Positions 31,401 to 40,214 of a DNA stretch of 58,899 nt are shown here, in pieces (the first letter of the stretch is position 1; each line of letters starts with the position of its first letter). The DNA lies in the IMG/VR virus record IMGVR_UViG_3300025083_000028, positions 1 to 58,899 of that record, one strand, 5' to 3'. The position numbers and the translations under genes are program-made. This DNA is from a virus. Lineage: Duplodnaviria > Caudoviricetes. Below the pieces are notes generated by a model. That model ran no database searches and was not told where the DNA came from. It was given only the letters and a program-made list of their open reading frames with translations.

Positions 31401-34400
31401 TATTTAAAGTAACAGATACTGGTAAAAGAGAAAAAACAGCTGAAGGTAATCCAATATTCACAATAGCTAAACCAATTAAAGCTGAGTTTATAAAATATTT
31501 TACTGATACTAATATAGCTATGACTACATTAGTTGAAAGACAAAAAATGCTAGGCGAAATAATATCAAAAGCTATAACATCAAAAATATTAAAAGAGTAT
31601 AATTCAAATGATAGTTTAATTGAGCTTGCTCAAATAGCTAATTTAAATCCTGCGGAAGGTGCAAAAGCAGTGACAGAATTACAATTAGCAAATGAAATTA
31701 GTGATGTAGCTAAACAATTAGATACATACGAAGGTGAAAAAATGCTGCAAGATACTAGGCTGTTTTCAATTGCGCCTACAGCAGCAGAAAAAGTAAATAT
31801 TACTAAAGCCTATGCAGCATTGCAAAAAGCAAAGGGAGATATAACTAATGACAACTATCTAAAAGTCATAGAAAATTTACCTGTAGTCGTGCAAGAATTT
31901 GTTGAAGATTTGTACGAAAAAAGAGGCGAAATTAAAGGCGATAGAATAGGTGGCCCTATATACGAATCAATATTAGCAGATTTAGTAAAAAAAGAAAGTA
32001 ATATAGAGGTCACTGCTGAAGGCGGCTTTACATCTGGTCCTGATTTACAATTAAAAGTTCGAGGTGCAATAATACCTATTGAAATAAAAGCTGATCCTAC
32101 AGCTGATTTTGGTAGTATATCTGCTTCTTATAATACAGAAAGCGGAAAATTTACTTTTGTAAAAGATAAAGAAACAATTGAATTAAAAGATTTGCCTGAC
32201 GGCGAAATACTTAAAGAAGTTTTTAGAACTACTTTGCCTTTTTTAGAGAAAAAAATAGAAATTGCTAATAAAGCATTAGGAATTGAAATAAAAAACTTTC
32301 CTGAAGATTTTAATAAAGCAATGACAGATAAATTTGGTTCAGTTTCATCAAAAAATACAGCAGCAGAAAACAAAAAAGTTAAAGATGCTAAAAAAGCATG
32401 GGTTAAAAAAAATTGGCAATTTAATGATGAGAAAAATAATCCATTAGGTTTACCTGGCCCAAAAAATCAAACCAACGCAGCTGTTATAAAATTTTATAAT
32501 GATAAAAAGGTATATTATATACAAATAGGAGGTAAAGGTTTATATAGATTAGGCGAAGATAAATATAATTTAGGGGCTAGCGAATTAAAGGCTACATTTA
32601 GATACCCTGTAAGATTAAAGCCTAACGGCAGAATGGGATTTAATTGGCAAGTAGCACCTAAAATAGAAGCGCCTGCTAAAGTTCCAAATTCTGATATAAG
32701 TTTAGAAAATACTAAAGATATAAAAACTATAGAGCAAAATATAAATAAAAATAAAGGATTTTTAAGTAGAGCCGCAAGAATTGATAAGACGGGTGAAACA
32801 ACGTTGGATAAAGCCTTTAACGATATACTTGAAGAAAAAACAGGTATTGCATCGGATAAAGTATATAGTAAAGAAAGAGCCAGAATAGCGGGTAAGAAAA
32901 ATAAAAAGATGAGTTTTTATATTTCTCCTGGTGCTGAAGATTTTACAGGCTTAATGTATAAATTATTATCTAAAGGTAAATTGGGAGATGCCCAAATGGC
33001 TTGGATTAAAAAACATATATTAAACCCCTACTCTAAAGCAATGGATGAAATATCTATTGAAAGGGTTGCTTTATTTGAAAAATTTAGAGCGCTAAAAAAA
33101 GAAATATCAGCAGTCCCTAAAAAAATAAAGAAAAAACTACCAGGAACAGACGATACATATGAAACAGCAGTTAGAGTTTATATGTGGGACAAGCAAGGTA
33201 TGGACATACCAGGTTTAACTAAAAAAGAAATAAAAGAATTAGTCAGTGCAGTAAAAAAAGACAAAGAATTAAAAGCATTTGGAGACCAGCTTATAACTAT
33301 ATTTCCTGGTGGTTATCCACAAGCTCAAAATTTTTGGTTATCAGGTAATATAACTACCGACTTTTTAAATGGGTTAAATACAACAAGAAGAGCCGAAATA
33401 TTATCTAAATGGCAATCAAATGTAGATGAAATATTTTCTGAAAAGAATTTAAATAAATTAGAATCACAGTTTGGAGAAAACTACAAAATTGCTTTAAAAA
33501 ATATATTGGGAAGAATGAAAACAGGCAGCAATAGGCCTATAACTGATAATAAAGCTTTAAATGATTTTTATGATTGGATTAATGGCGCAGTTGGTGTTGT
33601 GATGTTTTTAAATATGCGTTCCGCTATACTGCAAACTATATCCATGGTTAACTATATAAACTGGAATGACAATAATATATTAGCGGCCGGAAAAGCTTTT
33701 GCAAATCAAAAACAATATTGGGCCGATTTTAAAACTATTTGGAATTCTGATTTTTTAAAAAATAGACGGGGGCAATTAAAATTAAACGTGAGTGAATCAG
33801 AAATAGCAGATATGGCTGATAAAGGAGGTGCAAGGGGCGTTGTAAATTATTTATTAAAAATAGGATATACCCCCACAAGGGTAGCGGATAGTTTTGCAAT
33901 TGCTGCCGGTGGTGCATCTATGTTCAGAAATCGAACTAAAAGCTATATGAAAAATGGTTTTTCTCAAGAAGAAGCAGAATTACAAGCTTTTAGAGATTTT
34001 CAAGAATTAACAGAAGAAGCACAACAATCCTCCAGACCTGATAGAATATCAAAACAACAAGCTAGCACTACAGGCAGATTATTTTTAGCATGGGCTAATA
34101 CACCTATGCAATACGGTCGATTAATAAAAAGATCCACACAAGATTTAATAGCAGGCAGAGGGGATAGAAACACTAATATATCTAAAATTGTACATTATAG
34201 TTTTTTACAAAACATAATATTTAATTTTATGCAAAAAGGAGCTTTTGCTTTAGCTTTTGCACAAGAAGAAGATGATGAAAAAAGAAGAAATGTTTATAGT
34301 GGAGTTGGCGAAAGTATGGCAGATTCAATAGTAAAAGGAGCCGGAGTTCAAGGGACGCTGCTCATGGCGGCTAAATCACTTGTAAAAGATATTGTAAAAG

Positions 34401-34813
34401 AAAGTAAAAAAAGCAGACCTGATTATGAGGGTAGTTTATGGAAAATATTAGAAGCATTCCCTCCAATAGATGCTAAAATGGACAGGGCTAAAGATGTTGT
34501 ATATGCTTTTCAATTTGAAAAAGAAGAAATGATAGAAGAGGGATTAGCAATAGGCAGCCCAGGTCTAGAGGCTATAGCAAGTGGAATATCTTTTGCTAGC
34601 AATGTGCCAGTTGATAGAGCTTTAAGAAAAATAGAAAATATTAAAGCCGCTTTAGATGATCGAACGGACACTTGGGCAAGAATAGCATTATTATTGGGTT
34701 GGGGAAGTTGGTCGTTGGGATTAACAGAAGATGAAACTGCAATTGTAAAAAATAGCTCAAGAAAAATACAAAAAAGAAAAATACAAAAAAGGAAAATACA
34801 AAAAAGAAATTAA
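28430..34813 (+). CDS. Giant multidomain internal virion/ejection (polyvalent) protein
   Basis: 2127 aa; Gly/Ala hydrophobic segment, HELLH zincin-like motif, sigma-region-2-like segment, PD...EIK nuclease-like motif, helical C-terminal region. Confidence 0.7.
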   Translation: MEDFIYELDGKEIVVKAEHKENFESLFPKAVLKQQAENFQPGVPNVDASETPVKRRIQQSGQSSGFASGTTSSESQEDKYSFEKPFQGTFFGDVVLDYFGDIGRAFESGAAAGMSVDEAFDIYRKGASISDEDLDFFIEADKRIQAKGTSDEMLEYQNIYKEEGGGILGFLIANAKTRGQVLPQIIASSVATMATSLESGEVRGAALTGAGTGALIGSSATPIGTVTGAVGGGVAGLVGAMETSLTLSELLKEEIGSDTLTKENIRAVLEDSEKMKSIKNKSLGRGIAIGAVEGITLGLSRGLATSLSKGGMKASGVTARVAGLEAVGGSTGEIAGRIAADQEMDTSDILFEGVAELKGVVNVTDIINKSQYKLNGEIRKKKDIQEFISTATPEQIAGANIDIKNDNNFKAVIDEKQKDVYLQSTIPAEVTNPNDRFSLFKLEKERIKYKGNDTKTAQNMLSDINSEIKEITDKYRRRGRKSKEIAAQIIENEKIQKATQDRTVAGTIEFAQTQGEKIGLKTIVAEDNKSFEAELKKDGIKLSKEDKASIDRIGGYIQGNKIYINKDAAGKTGQINVGGHELLHGIIESANIKDMGALVNDFKKQLSQDQVSILEAQMVARGYGVDSKTYSKEYLTNFSDAIVDGTIKFNENLFTKIGEGIVNLLKIFGYENINFKNGKGVYNFMKEYSKNIKEGKLSESVIKQAGTSINVEGAMSVSPESAAKVNQIYKDNPPSIAAQKIVFDSEVNYRGMAEKYLNDFIANPNLSDEQKGIMQRNREDIAAMMLYDRIPSQRKGSKLRNVIGLVEGFEEVKNQYGKDGVAGYINKFFRRRGLEAINYYLKDSGLKNIETEEGTVRKDVAVKTASTQNIEVSEKQNKSFERKITLSKLAKDILSDPTETLTKVTNIITKELKLLARNRVINIEKIEKVIQKEIRKVVVDGIGKIKSEQIPGTAKRRAVIPTLYSTIIETKFNEIADAMSLIDIKKRYNKLFKVTDTGKREKTAEGNPIFTIAKPIKAEFIKYFTDTNIAMTTLVERQKMLGEIISKAITSKILKEYNSNDSLIELAQIANLNPAEGAKAVTELQLANEISDVAKQLDTYEGEKMLQDTRLFSIAPTAAEKVNITKAYAALQKAKGDITNDNYLKVIENLPVVVQEFVEDLYEKRGEIKGDRIGGPIYESILADLVKKESNIEVTAEGGFTSGPDLQLKVRGAIIPIEIKADPTADFGSISASYNTESGKFTFVKDKETIELKDLPDGEILKEVFRTTLPFLEKKIEIANKALGIEIKNFPEDFNKAMTDKFGSVSSKNTAAENKKVKDAKKAWVKKNWQFNDEKNNPLGLPGPKNQTNAAVIKFYNDKKVYYIQIGGKGLYRLGEDKYNLGASELKATFRYPVRLKPNGRMGFNWQVAPKIEAPAKVPNSDISLENTKDIKTIEQNINKNKGFLSRAARIDKTGETTLDKAFNDILEEKTGIASDKVYSKERARIAGKKNKKMSFYISPGAEDFTGLMYKLLSKGKLGDAQMAWIKKHILNPYSKAMDEISIERVALFEKFRALKKEISAVPKKIKKKLPGTDDTYETAVRVYMWDKQGMDIPGLTKKEIKELVSAVKKDKELKAFGDQLITIFPGGYPQAQNFWLSGNITTDFLNGLNTTRRAEILSKWQSNVDEIFSEKNLNKLESQFGENYKIALKNILGRMKTGSNRPITDNKALNDFYDWINGAVGVVMFLNMRSAILQTISMVNYINWNDNNILAAGKAFANQKQYWADFKTIWNSDFLKNRRGQLKLNVSESEIADMADKGGARGVVNYLLKIGYTPTRVADSFAIAAGGASMFRNRTKSYMKNGFSQEEAELQAFRDFQELTEEAQQSSRPDRISKQQASTTGRLFLAWANTPMQYGRLIKRSTQDLIAGRGDRNTNISKIVHYSFLQNIIFNFMQKGAFALAFAQEEDDEKRRNVYSGVGESMADSIVKGAGVQGTLLMAAKSLVKDIVKESKKSRPDYEGSLWKILEAFPPIDAKMDRAKDVVYAFQFEKEEMIEEGLAIGSPGLEAIASGISFASNVPVDRALRKIENIKAALDDRTDTWARIALLLGWGSWSLGLTEDETAIVKNSSRKIQKRKIQKRKIQKRN
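34760..34807 (+). repeat. 15-bp tandem repeat x3 encoding RKIQK
   Basis: agaaaaatacaaaaa repeated at the 3' end of the giant gene. Confidence 0.85.
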
Positions 34814-34815
34814 TT

Positions 34816-34932
34816 ATGCCAAAAGACGCGTGTTACTACAAAGTAAAAAGACAATACAAAGTATTCCCATCCGCATATGCGAGTGGAGCTATAGCTAAAT
34901 GTAGAAAAAATAAAGGTAAAAAGAAAAAATAA
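34816..34932 (+). CDS. Small basic protein (38 aa)
   Basis: MPKDACYYKVKRQYKVFPSAYASGAIAKCRKNKGKKKK; not in ORF track; TAATG coupling to the next ORF. Confidence 0.75.
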   Translation: MPKDACYYKVKRQYKVFPSAYASGAIAKCRKNKGKKKK

Positions 34933-35051
34933 TGGCTAAAGAATTTAAAGCGCATAAAATGTATTGCAAAGGCAAACCATTTATGGCAAAAACATACAAA
35001 GAGCACTTAACTTTAAAGAAAAAAGGCTGTGGCCATAAAAAACCAAAATAA
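34932..35051 (+). CDS. Small basic protein (39 aa)
   Basis: MAKEFKAHKMYCKGKPFMAKTYKEHLTLKKKGCGHKKPK; TAATG overlaps at both ends. Confidence 0.7.
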   Translation: MAKEFKAHKMYCKGKPFMAKTYKEHLTLKKKGCGHKKPK

Positions 35052-35350
35052 TGGCAGTAAGAAAAACTAAAAAAGGCGCTGCGTTAAAGCGCTGGTTTAA
35101 AGAGAAGTGGGTTGACGTTAGAACAGGGAAAGCTTGTGGCCGTAAGAAAGGCGATGGCAGAGGTGTGCCTTACTGTAGACCTAGCAAAGTGCCTTACTGT
35201 AGACCTAGCAAAAGAGTATCTAGCAAGACACCAAAAACATCGAGCGAAATGTCTTCATCTGAAAAAGCAAAAAAAATCAGAGAAAAGAAAAGCTTAGGAC
35301 AACCAAAAGGAAAACCAAGAAGGGTCAAATCAGTTAAAAGAAGAAAATAA
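35051..35350 (+). CDS. Small Lys/Arg-rich protein
   Basis: 99 aa, LKRWFKEKWVDV...CGR...PYCRPSK. Confidence 0.75.
   Translation: MAVRKTKKGAALKRWFKEKWVDVRTGKACGRKKGDGRGVPYCRPSKVPYCRPSKRVSSKTPKTSSEMSSSEKAKKIREKKSLGQPKGKPRRVKSVKRRK
35165..35212 (+). repeat. Perfect 24-bp tandem duplication (VPYCRPSK x2)
   Basis: gtgccttactgtagacctagcaaa at 35165-35188 and 35189-35212. Confidence 0.95.
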
Positions 35351-35351
35351 A

Positions 35352-35516
35352 ATGGATACTCAAGATTTAAAAGTGTTAGCATTGAACACATCGGCGTTTA
35401 CAGTTTCAATGACTTCGGTTGAAGATATACTTAAAATAATATTATTATTAGTTTCAATAGGTTTTACTGTTCAAAGATGGTATGAAATACATAAAAGGAA
35501 TAAAGATAATAAGTAG
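35352..35516 (+). CDS. Putative holin-like small membrane protein (54 aa)
   Basis: MDTQDLKVLALNTSAFTVSMTSVEDILKIILLLVSIGFTVQRWYEIHKRNKDNK; hydrophobic helix with basic tail; not in ORF track. Confidence 0.55.
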   Translation: MDTQDLKVLALNTSAFTVSMTSVEDILKIILLLVSIGFTVQRWYEIHKRNKDNK

Positions 35517-35946
35517 TTTATTATTCTGTATTATAATATCTGCACAAGATATTAAAATAAACGATATAAAAAATTCAATTCAAACTGGCCCTTTGGTTGG
35601 CAATAGGAACGTTGGGTTTGGGTTAAAAAATATATTAGAAGAAGTGGTTCAGGATCAAGATTATAACTTAAATGATAAAAGTGAAGATGTTTTAGATGTT
35701 GAGCTAATTTATTTTGATGTAAAACGTACTCAGTCAAATATTGCGTTGTATAGCAAATCATCGAGTCAAACCGAAATAATTGCTATTGCTAAATATAAAA
35801 AGAAAAAAGTAAAAGTAAAAGGCACATCAAAAGATATAACTACATCTTTAATTTTATTAAATGAACAAGGTAAGTTTACACAAAACAGTGTTAGTGTTGC
35901 ATTAAAAAAATTATCTGAAAACATTATTAAGAAATTAAAACTATGA
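35482..35946 (+). CDS. Secreted protein, possible CsgG/LptE-like fold
   Basis: Signal peptide (...LLFCIIISA|Q); FGLKNILEEVVQD...SVALKKLSENII echoes the 38161 protein. Confidence 0.55.
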   Translation: MKYIKGIKIISSLLFCIIISAQDIKINDIKNSIQTGPLVGNRNVGFGLKNILEEVVQDQDYNLNDKSEDVLDVELIYFDVKRTQSNIALYSKSSSQTEIIAIAKYKKKKVKVKGTSKDITTSLILLNEQGKFTQNSVSVALKKLSENIIKKLKL

Positions 35947-37568
35947 AAAAATTATTGTTTTTATTATTACCATTACTCTGCTTAGCACAAGATTTAAAAC
36001 TTGATCACAGTTATACAAACGCCGAAGATTTTGCGGTTGGTGATACTATAACAATAAAGTTTAATACAATACAAGTTACAGAAGATGTAGATCCTAACTT
36101 GTATATATTTGATTATGAGTACAATAACAAGCTGCTACAAAAAATTGCTCATAGATTTAAAGTAACCGATAACTCAGCTAACACGAATGCACAAACATCG
36201 TTGACACATTGGGACGGTTATAAGTATAAAGTTTTAAGTACTTATGATGAAGATAATCTTTCAGCCCAGTATTTACACGGTTGGTTTAATAGAACGCAAG
36301 TGGAAGGAGATACCAATTCATACCCCGCTGATAACGATTGGTCAGTTGAAAGAATAACAATTCAAGACGGTGTGGGCGTAACATATAATAATACTTTAAT
36401 TGAAGTTGATTTTAAAATTAAAGATAAGATTAATACTAACTACAGCAATTATAATAATGTAACACATCTTAACTGGATGAGGGCTGAAGATAATTCAACA
36501 TCAACAAAATACGATGTTGACGCGATGCAACAAAAAATAACATTATCTGACGTTGAAGGTGGTGATGCAGGTAGTGTTACTATAAATCTTAAAACAGAAA
36601 ACGACAAACCGACGCATTACAAATACGATATATTAAGTAATAATAATAGCGTAGCGAGTGGTAATTTTGATGCTAACTCTCAAGCCATTGTAACTGGTTT
36701 AGAAAACAATATTAAATACGATATTAACATCACTGTTGATAATGAATTGTCCTCTGATTGGCTAGACGATGTAGTTACCGTAACCGATGTCTTCCTAGTA
36801 TTTAAAGAAGCCATTGGTGCAGGCACTAGCCCTGGGGGATCCGCTAATACGTTTACACACTCTATACAGTATTTATTAGGCGAAGTTAATAACAGTGGAA
36901 ATGTAGACTTTGATGATTCTTATGTTATGCTTAGTCACATAATGGACGAAAATGTTAGTGAATATTTTACCAGCTCTGCTAACGGTGCTAAAGATATTTG
37001 GGGGGAAAAAACACAATACGGATATGCTACAGATGATTATTACTTTGGACAAAAAAAACATTTTACACCTACTGATTCTAATAAGGTTTTTGATTTTGGT
37101 CACGGACTTATTGGAGACGTAGACTTCTCACATTCATTTGAACCTATAGTTGAAGACGATAACGAGGGCGTTGTAAGAATGCCTAGTGTGCAGGGTAAAA
37201 TTGAAAATTTAGATTTAGATATTTCAACAAGTTTAGTTAACGATAAAGTGGAATTATTAGTTGAGCTCGAAAAAGATTACTTAGCGGGTATGCAATTTGT
37301 AATTCAGTTTGACGATACCATATTAGAATTTGAGGAGGTTCAATTCGATACAGGCAATCTATTAACTAATTTTGCAACAGAACGCGATAATAAATTATAT
37401 TTTGGGAGCATCAGTGTGGAAAACCAAGAAAGCATTAAGGTTGGTAAACCTTATAAAATTATATTTAATACAAAACAAACGGTAACGAATGCGTCAGGTT
37501 TAATTTATTTTAAAACAACAGATGCTGTTACAAGTGATGGAACTAAAGTAATTTTAAAAATACAATAA
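35943..37568 (+). CDS. Secreted cohesin-like/dockerin-like multidomain protein
   Basis: Signal peptide MKKLLFLLLPLLCLA|Q; VGDTITIKF...FDYEYNNKLL and LAGMQFVIQFDDTILEF cohesin-like strands; VTVTDVFLV and GEVNNSGNVDFDDSYVML EF-hand/dockerin-like loops. Confidence 0.6.
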   Translation: MKKLLFLLLPLLCLAQDLKLDHSYTNAEDFAVGDTITIKFNTIQVTEDVDPNLYIFDYEYNNKLLQKIAHRFKVTDNSANTNAQTSLTHWDGYKYKVLSTYDEDNLSAQYLHGWFNRTQVEGDTNSYPADNDWSVERITIQDGVGVTYNNTLIEVDFKIKDKINTNYSNYNNVTHLNWMRAEDNSTSTKYDVDAMQQKITLSDVEGGDAGSVTINLKTENDKPTHYKYDILSNNNSVASGNFDANSQAIVTGLENNIKYDINITVDNELSSDWLDDVVTVTDVFLVFKEAIGAGTSPGGSANTFTHSIQYLLGEVNNSGNVDFDDSYVMLSHIMDENVSEYFTSSANGAKDIWGEKTQYGYATDDYYFGQKKHFTPTDSNKVFDFGHGLIGDVDFSHSFEPIVEDDNEGVVRMPSVQGKIENLDLDISTSLVNDKVELLVELEKDYLAGMQFVIQFDDTILEFEEVQFDTGNLLTNFATERDNKLYFGSISVENQESIKVGKPYKIIFNTKQTVTNASGLIYFKTTDAVTSDGTKVILKIQ

Positions 37569-37927
37569 TGAAAAAACTTTTTATACTATTTTTATTTATA
37601 AGTTGTACTACAGAGGTATACAATGAAAGACCAATACAAGAAGTGCCCGAATCTTTATTCATGCCTCAAGCTGTTGGTTTAAAACTTGAAAGTTACATAG
37701 TGCAAGATAAAGTAAGAATAAATACTAAACTGCCTTCTGATGGTGATTATAGAATTAAAATATTAGATTTTACAAATAGTATAATTAATCAAGAGATAAT
37801 AAAAGGTGAAGAAGGTGATAATATATTGAATATATATGTTAATTCATTGCCAGTTAGCTCATATACCGTGGAGCTGTATACTAAAAACAATCAATTCATA
37901 GGCAGACAAACCTTTTCAATGAAGTAA
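37568..37927 (+). CDS. Lipoprotein with T9SS C-terminal-domain-like fold
   Basis: Lipobox LFISC; YRIKILD...GDNILNIYVNSLPVSSYTVELY resembles the Por secretion CTD pattern. Confidence 0.55.
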   Translation: MKKLFILFLFISCTTEVYNERPIQEVPESLFMPQAVGLKLESYIVQDKVRINTKLPSDGDYRIKILDFTNSIINQEIIKGEEGDNILNIYVNSLPVSSYTVELYTKNNQFIGRQTFSMK

Positions 37928-37928
37928 T

Positions 37929-38159
37929 ATGAAAGAATTAAAAAATCAAATAATAGCTACAGTAGGTTTAATTATAACTGCAGCTGGTGGAATACTCATA
38001 GCCAACATGGAGGCTATATTTAGTCCTGAAGATGATTCACCACCACCAACAATGGAACAAACAATAACAATACCACCGAGTGTTGTTAAAGATACTTTGG
38101 TTATAACTAAAACAGTTATACAAAAACCGAAGAAAAAAGAAAGAGAGATAGATTGGTAA
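37929..38159 (+). CDS. Small membrane-anchored protein
   Basis: N-terminal TM helix, Pro/Thr linker, basic tail. Confidence 0.65.
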   Translation: MKELKNQIIATVGLIITAAGGILIANMEAIFSPEDDSPPPTMEQTITIPPSVVKDTLVITKTVIQKPKKKEREIDW

Positions 38160-38160
38160 C

Positions 38161-38880
38161 ATGAAAAAATTTATACTATGTGCGATATTTGTATCGGCTG
38201 TGGCTTCTGCTCATAGCCAAGTAATTGGAAAAACAACAACCGAAGATTATGTCGGTAGCTTTGAATCAAAAGAATCTATATGGAGTGTACCGGAATACAA
38301 TGGCGACCCTGTATCTGTAGCTTTGCTTAACATTGGTGTTACTGAAGAAATATTAAATCAGTACCCTGAATTAGGTGATTATAGGGTTGGATTAGGTTTA
38401 ACTAATATAACTGTAGCATTCTTAGATGAAACGTTTCGTTTTGAGTTTGTAGAAACAAGGGATGAAATAAAAGACAGAATGATTAAACAATTCAAAGCAA
38501 GTGAAAAAGGCTTTACGGCTAACGTAATAAATCCTATAGGTAAAATAGTTTTAGCTAAATATTTTTGTTATATAGAAGTATATGACTTTAGTATATCAGA
38601 AGATGAAACCATTAATCTAAAAGACGGTATTAAAAATAAATTAGTTACAAGATTAGGTTTACAAGTTAAGCTTGTTGATTCTGAAACTGGTTTATACATG
38701 ACCGGATCTGGTTTAGGTAAAGCCACAACAACAAGGGAATTAACCTTGTTAAATAATGAAAATTTAGAGGATATTAAATTTAACCAATCATCAATTGGCA
38801 CATCGACTAAAAAAGCTTTAGAAACTGCGGTTGCTAAGGTTGTTAAACGAATGATAAGAAAAAAGATATTTGATCATTAA
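38161..38880 (+). CDS. CsgG/HfaB-like secreted protein
   Basis: Signal peptide; SVALLNI...GLTNITVAFLDETFRFEFVE...IEVYDFS...LGLQVKLVDSETG...GSGLG CsgG-family layout. Confidence 0.6.
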   Translation: MKKFILCAIFVSAVASAHSQVIGKTTTEDYVGSFESKESIWSVPEYNGDPVSVALLNIGVTEEILNQYPELGDYRVGLGLTNITVAFLDETFRFEFVETRDEIKDRMIKQFKASEKGFTANVINPIGKIVLAKYFCYIEVYDFSISEDETINLKDGIKNKLVTRLGLQVKLVDSETGLYMTGSGLGKATTTRELTLLNNENLEDIKFNQSSIGTSTKKALETAVAKVVKRMIRKKIFDH

Positions 38881-40211
38881 TGAAAAAAATAATAATATTA
38901 TTATTATTTTCCTCAAGTATATATTCTCAAACATTAGTACAAGCCTTTGCGGATAGATGTACCGGAGAGATTAAAAGAGTTTCAATTCAAATGGAAGGTT
39001 ACACAACAGTATCCTTTTATAATAGAACAAAAACTTTTACTGCTAATGATTTTTACAGTGGTGCATTAAGAACTTGGATGGAACAAACGTATGCCTGGTG
39101 GTATGCTTTGTCAGCGTGTTCTACAGCCCAAACTACCCAAACAACAACACAAACATCTACATCAAATACCAACAATAGTTCTGATTCTAGTGGTTCAACC
39201 GATACGGGATCAACTGATAATTCAGGAAGTGGCTCTGATTCAGGTGGAGATAGCGGCGATAGTGGTGGTGATTCAGATGGAGGGGAAGACAGCGATGGCG
39301 GTAGCGACTCTGATGATGGAGGGGGAGACAGCGATGATGGGGGTGATGATGGTGGTGATTCTGATGATAGTGATAATGAAGAAGAACAAAAAGAAGAAGA
39401 ACAAGAGGAAGAGAAAAAGGAAGAGAAAGAAGAGGAAAAAGAAAAGGAGGAAGAAGAAAAAGAGGAAGAAGAAAAAGAAAAGAAAAAGAAAAATACAAAT
39501 CCTATAATTATATCAGCTAATCTAATGCGTATGTCAGGGTTAGATGGCGCGGCAAATCAAGTTATAGGTATTGGCTTTGCACAATCATCTATGAATGGCG
39601 AGTTTAATTACTCTGCTAATATGATGATATGGGATAACTTAAAACAATTTAGTTTAAGTGGATCAAGAGGGCATACATTTCATAGATACGATAAGAAAGT
39701 GCCTATGGTAATTAAAGAAGATGGCAAAGAATACGTGTTTGGATATTTTTACGACAAAGGAAGTATAGCCAATGTACAAACATTATCCGCTGGATTAATG
39801 TATATGTATGGCGTTTACAATATGTCCTTTGGTATAAGTAACGTGTATATTGGCCAAAAAGAAAATAAATGGAAAGGATTTGTTGGGGGCGTGTCCGCTT
39901 CTAATAATATATTATACAGTCAAGGCGAGTGGAATGTAATGCCAGCATTTGTAGCATTCGGCACTAAGCCTTACAATTTTAAAAGATTTACTGTATCACC
40001 TATGTTAGCTACCGCATTAACACCAGTGAGTTACAGTACATTAGATAATGGATTTGTTTTTAATGAGCACGCTTTATTCGTGGGTGGCGCTAACTTTGAT
40101 TTTTCTATAACTAAAACCTTTAGAATGAATTTAGGTTTTAATGTAGCTAAAAGCACAGACTCATTTCCATTAACATATTCAATAACAATAGGCGGTAAAT
40201 TTAAATTATAA
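38880..40211 (+). CDS. Outer-membrane beta-barrel-like protein with long low-complexity linker
   Basis: Signal peptide; small N-domain with two Cys; S/G/D then E/K low-complexity tract; amphipathic beta strands ending YSITIGGKFKL. Confidence 0.6.
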   Translation: MKKIIILLLFSSSIYSQTLVQAFADRCTGEIKRVSIQMEGYTTVSFYNRTKTFTANDFYSGALRTWMEQTYAWWYALSACSTAQTTQTTTQTSTSNTNNSSDSSGSTDTGSTDNSGSGSDSGGDSGDSGGDSDGGEDSDGGSDSDDGGGDSDDGGDDGGDSDDSDNEEEQKEEEQEEEKKEEKEEEKEKEEEEKEEEEKEKKKKNTNPIIISANLMRMSGLDGAANQVIGIGFAQSSMNGEFNYSANMMIWDNLKQFSLSGSRGHTFHRYDKKVPMVIKEDGKEYVFGYFYDKGSIANVQTLSAGLMYMYGVYNMSFGISNVYIGQKENKWKGFVGGVSASNNILYSQGEWNVMPAFVAFGTKPYNFKRFTVSPMLATALTPVSYSTLDNGFVFNEHALFVGGANFDFSITKTFRMNLGFNVAKSTDSFPLTYSITIGGKFKL

Positions 40212-40214
40212 AAA

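Noticed and set aside
834-33917. Numerous short antisense or out-of-frame ORFs within structural genes
   Set aside because: Fully nested shadows of long codon-biased genes, with no independent motifs
28430-34813. Virion RNA polymerase as in crAss-like or N4-like phages
   Set aside because: No DxDxD catalytic motif in an RNAP-like context and no single-subunit RNAP motifs were recognisable
39091-39507. Lys/Arg-rich 138-aa ORF and its antisense partner
   Set aside because: Alternative-frame artefacts of the low-complexity D/G/E/K linker in 38880-40211
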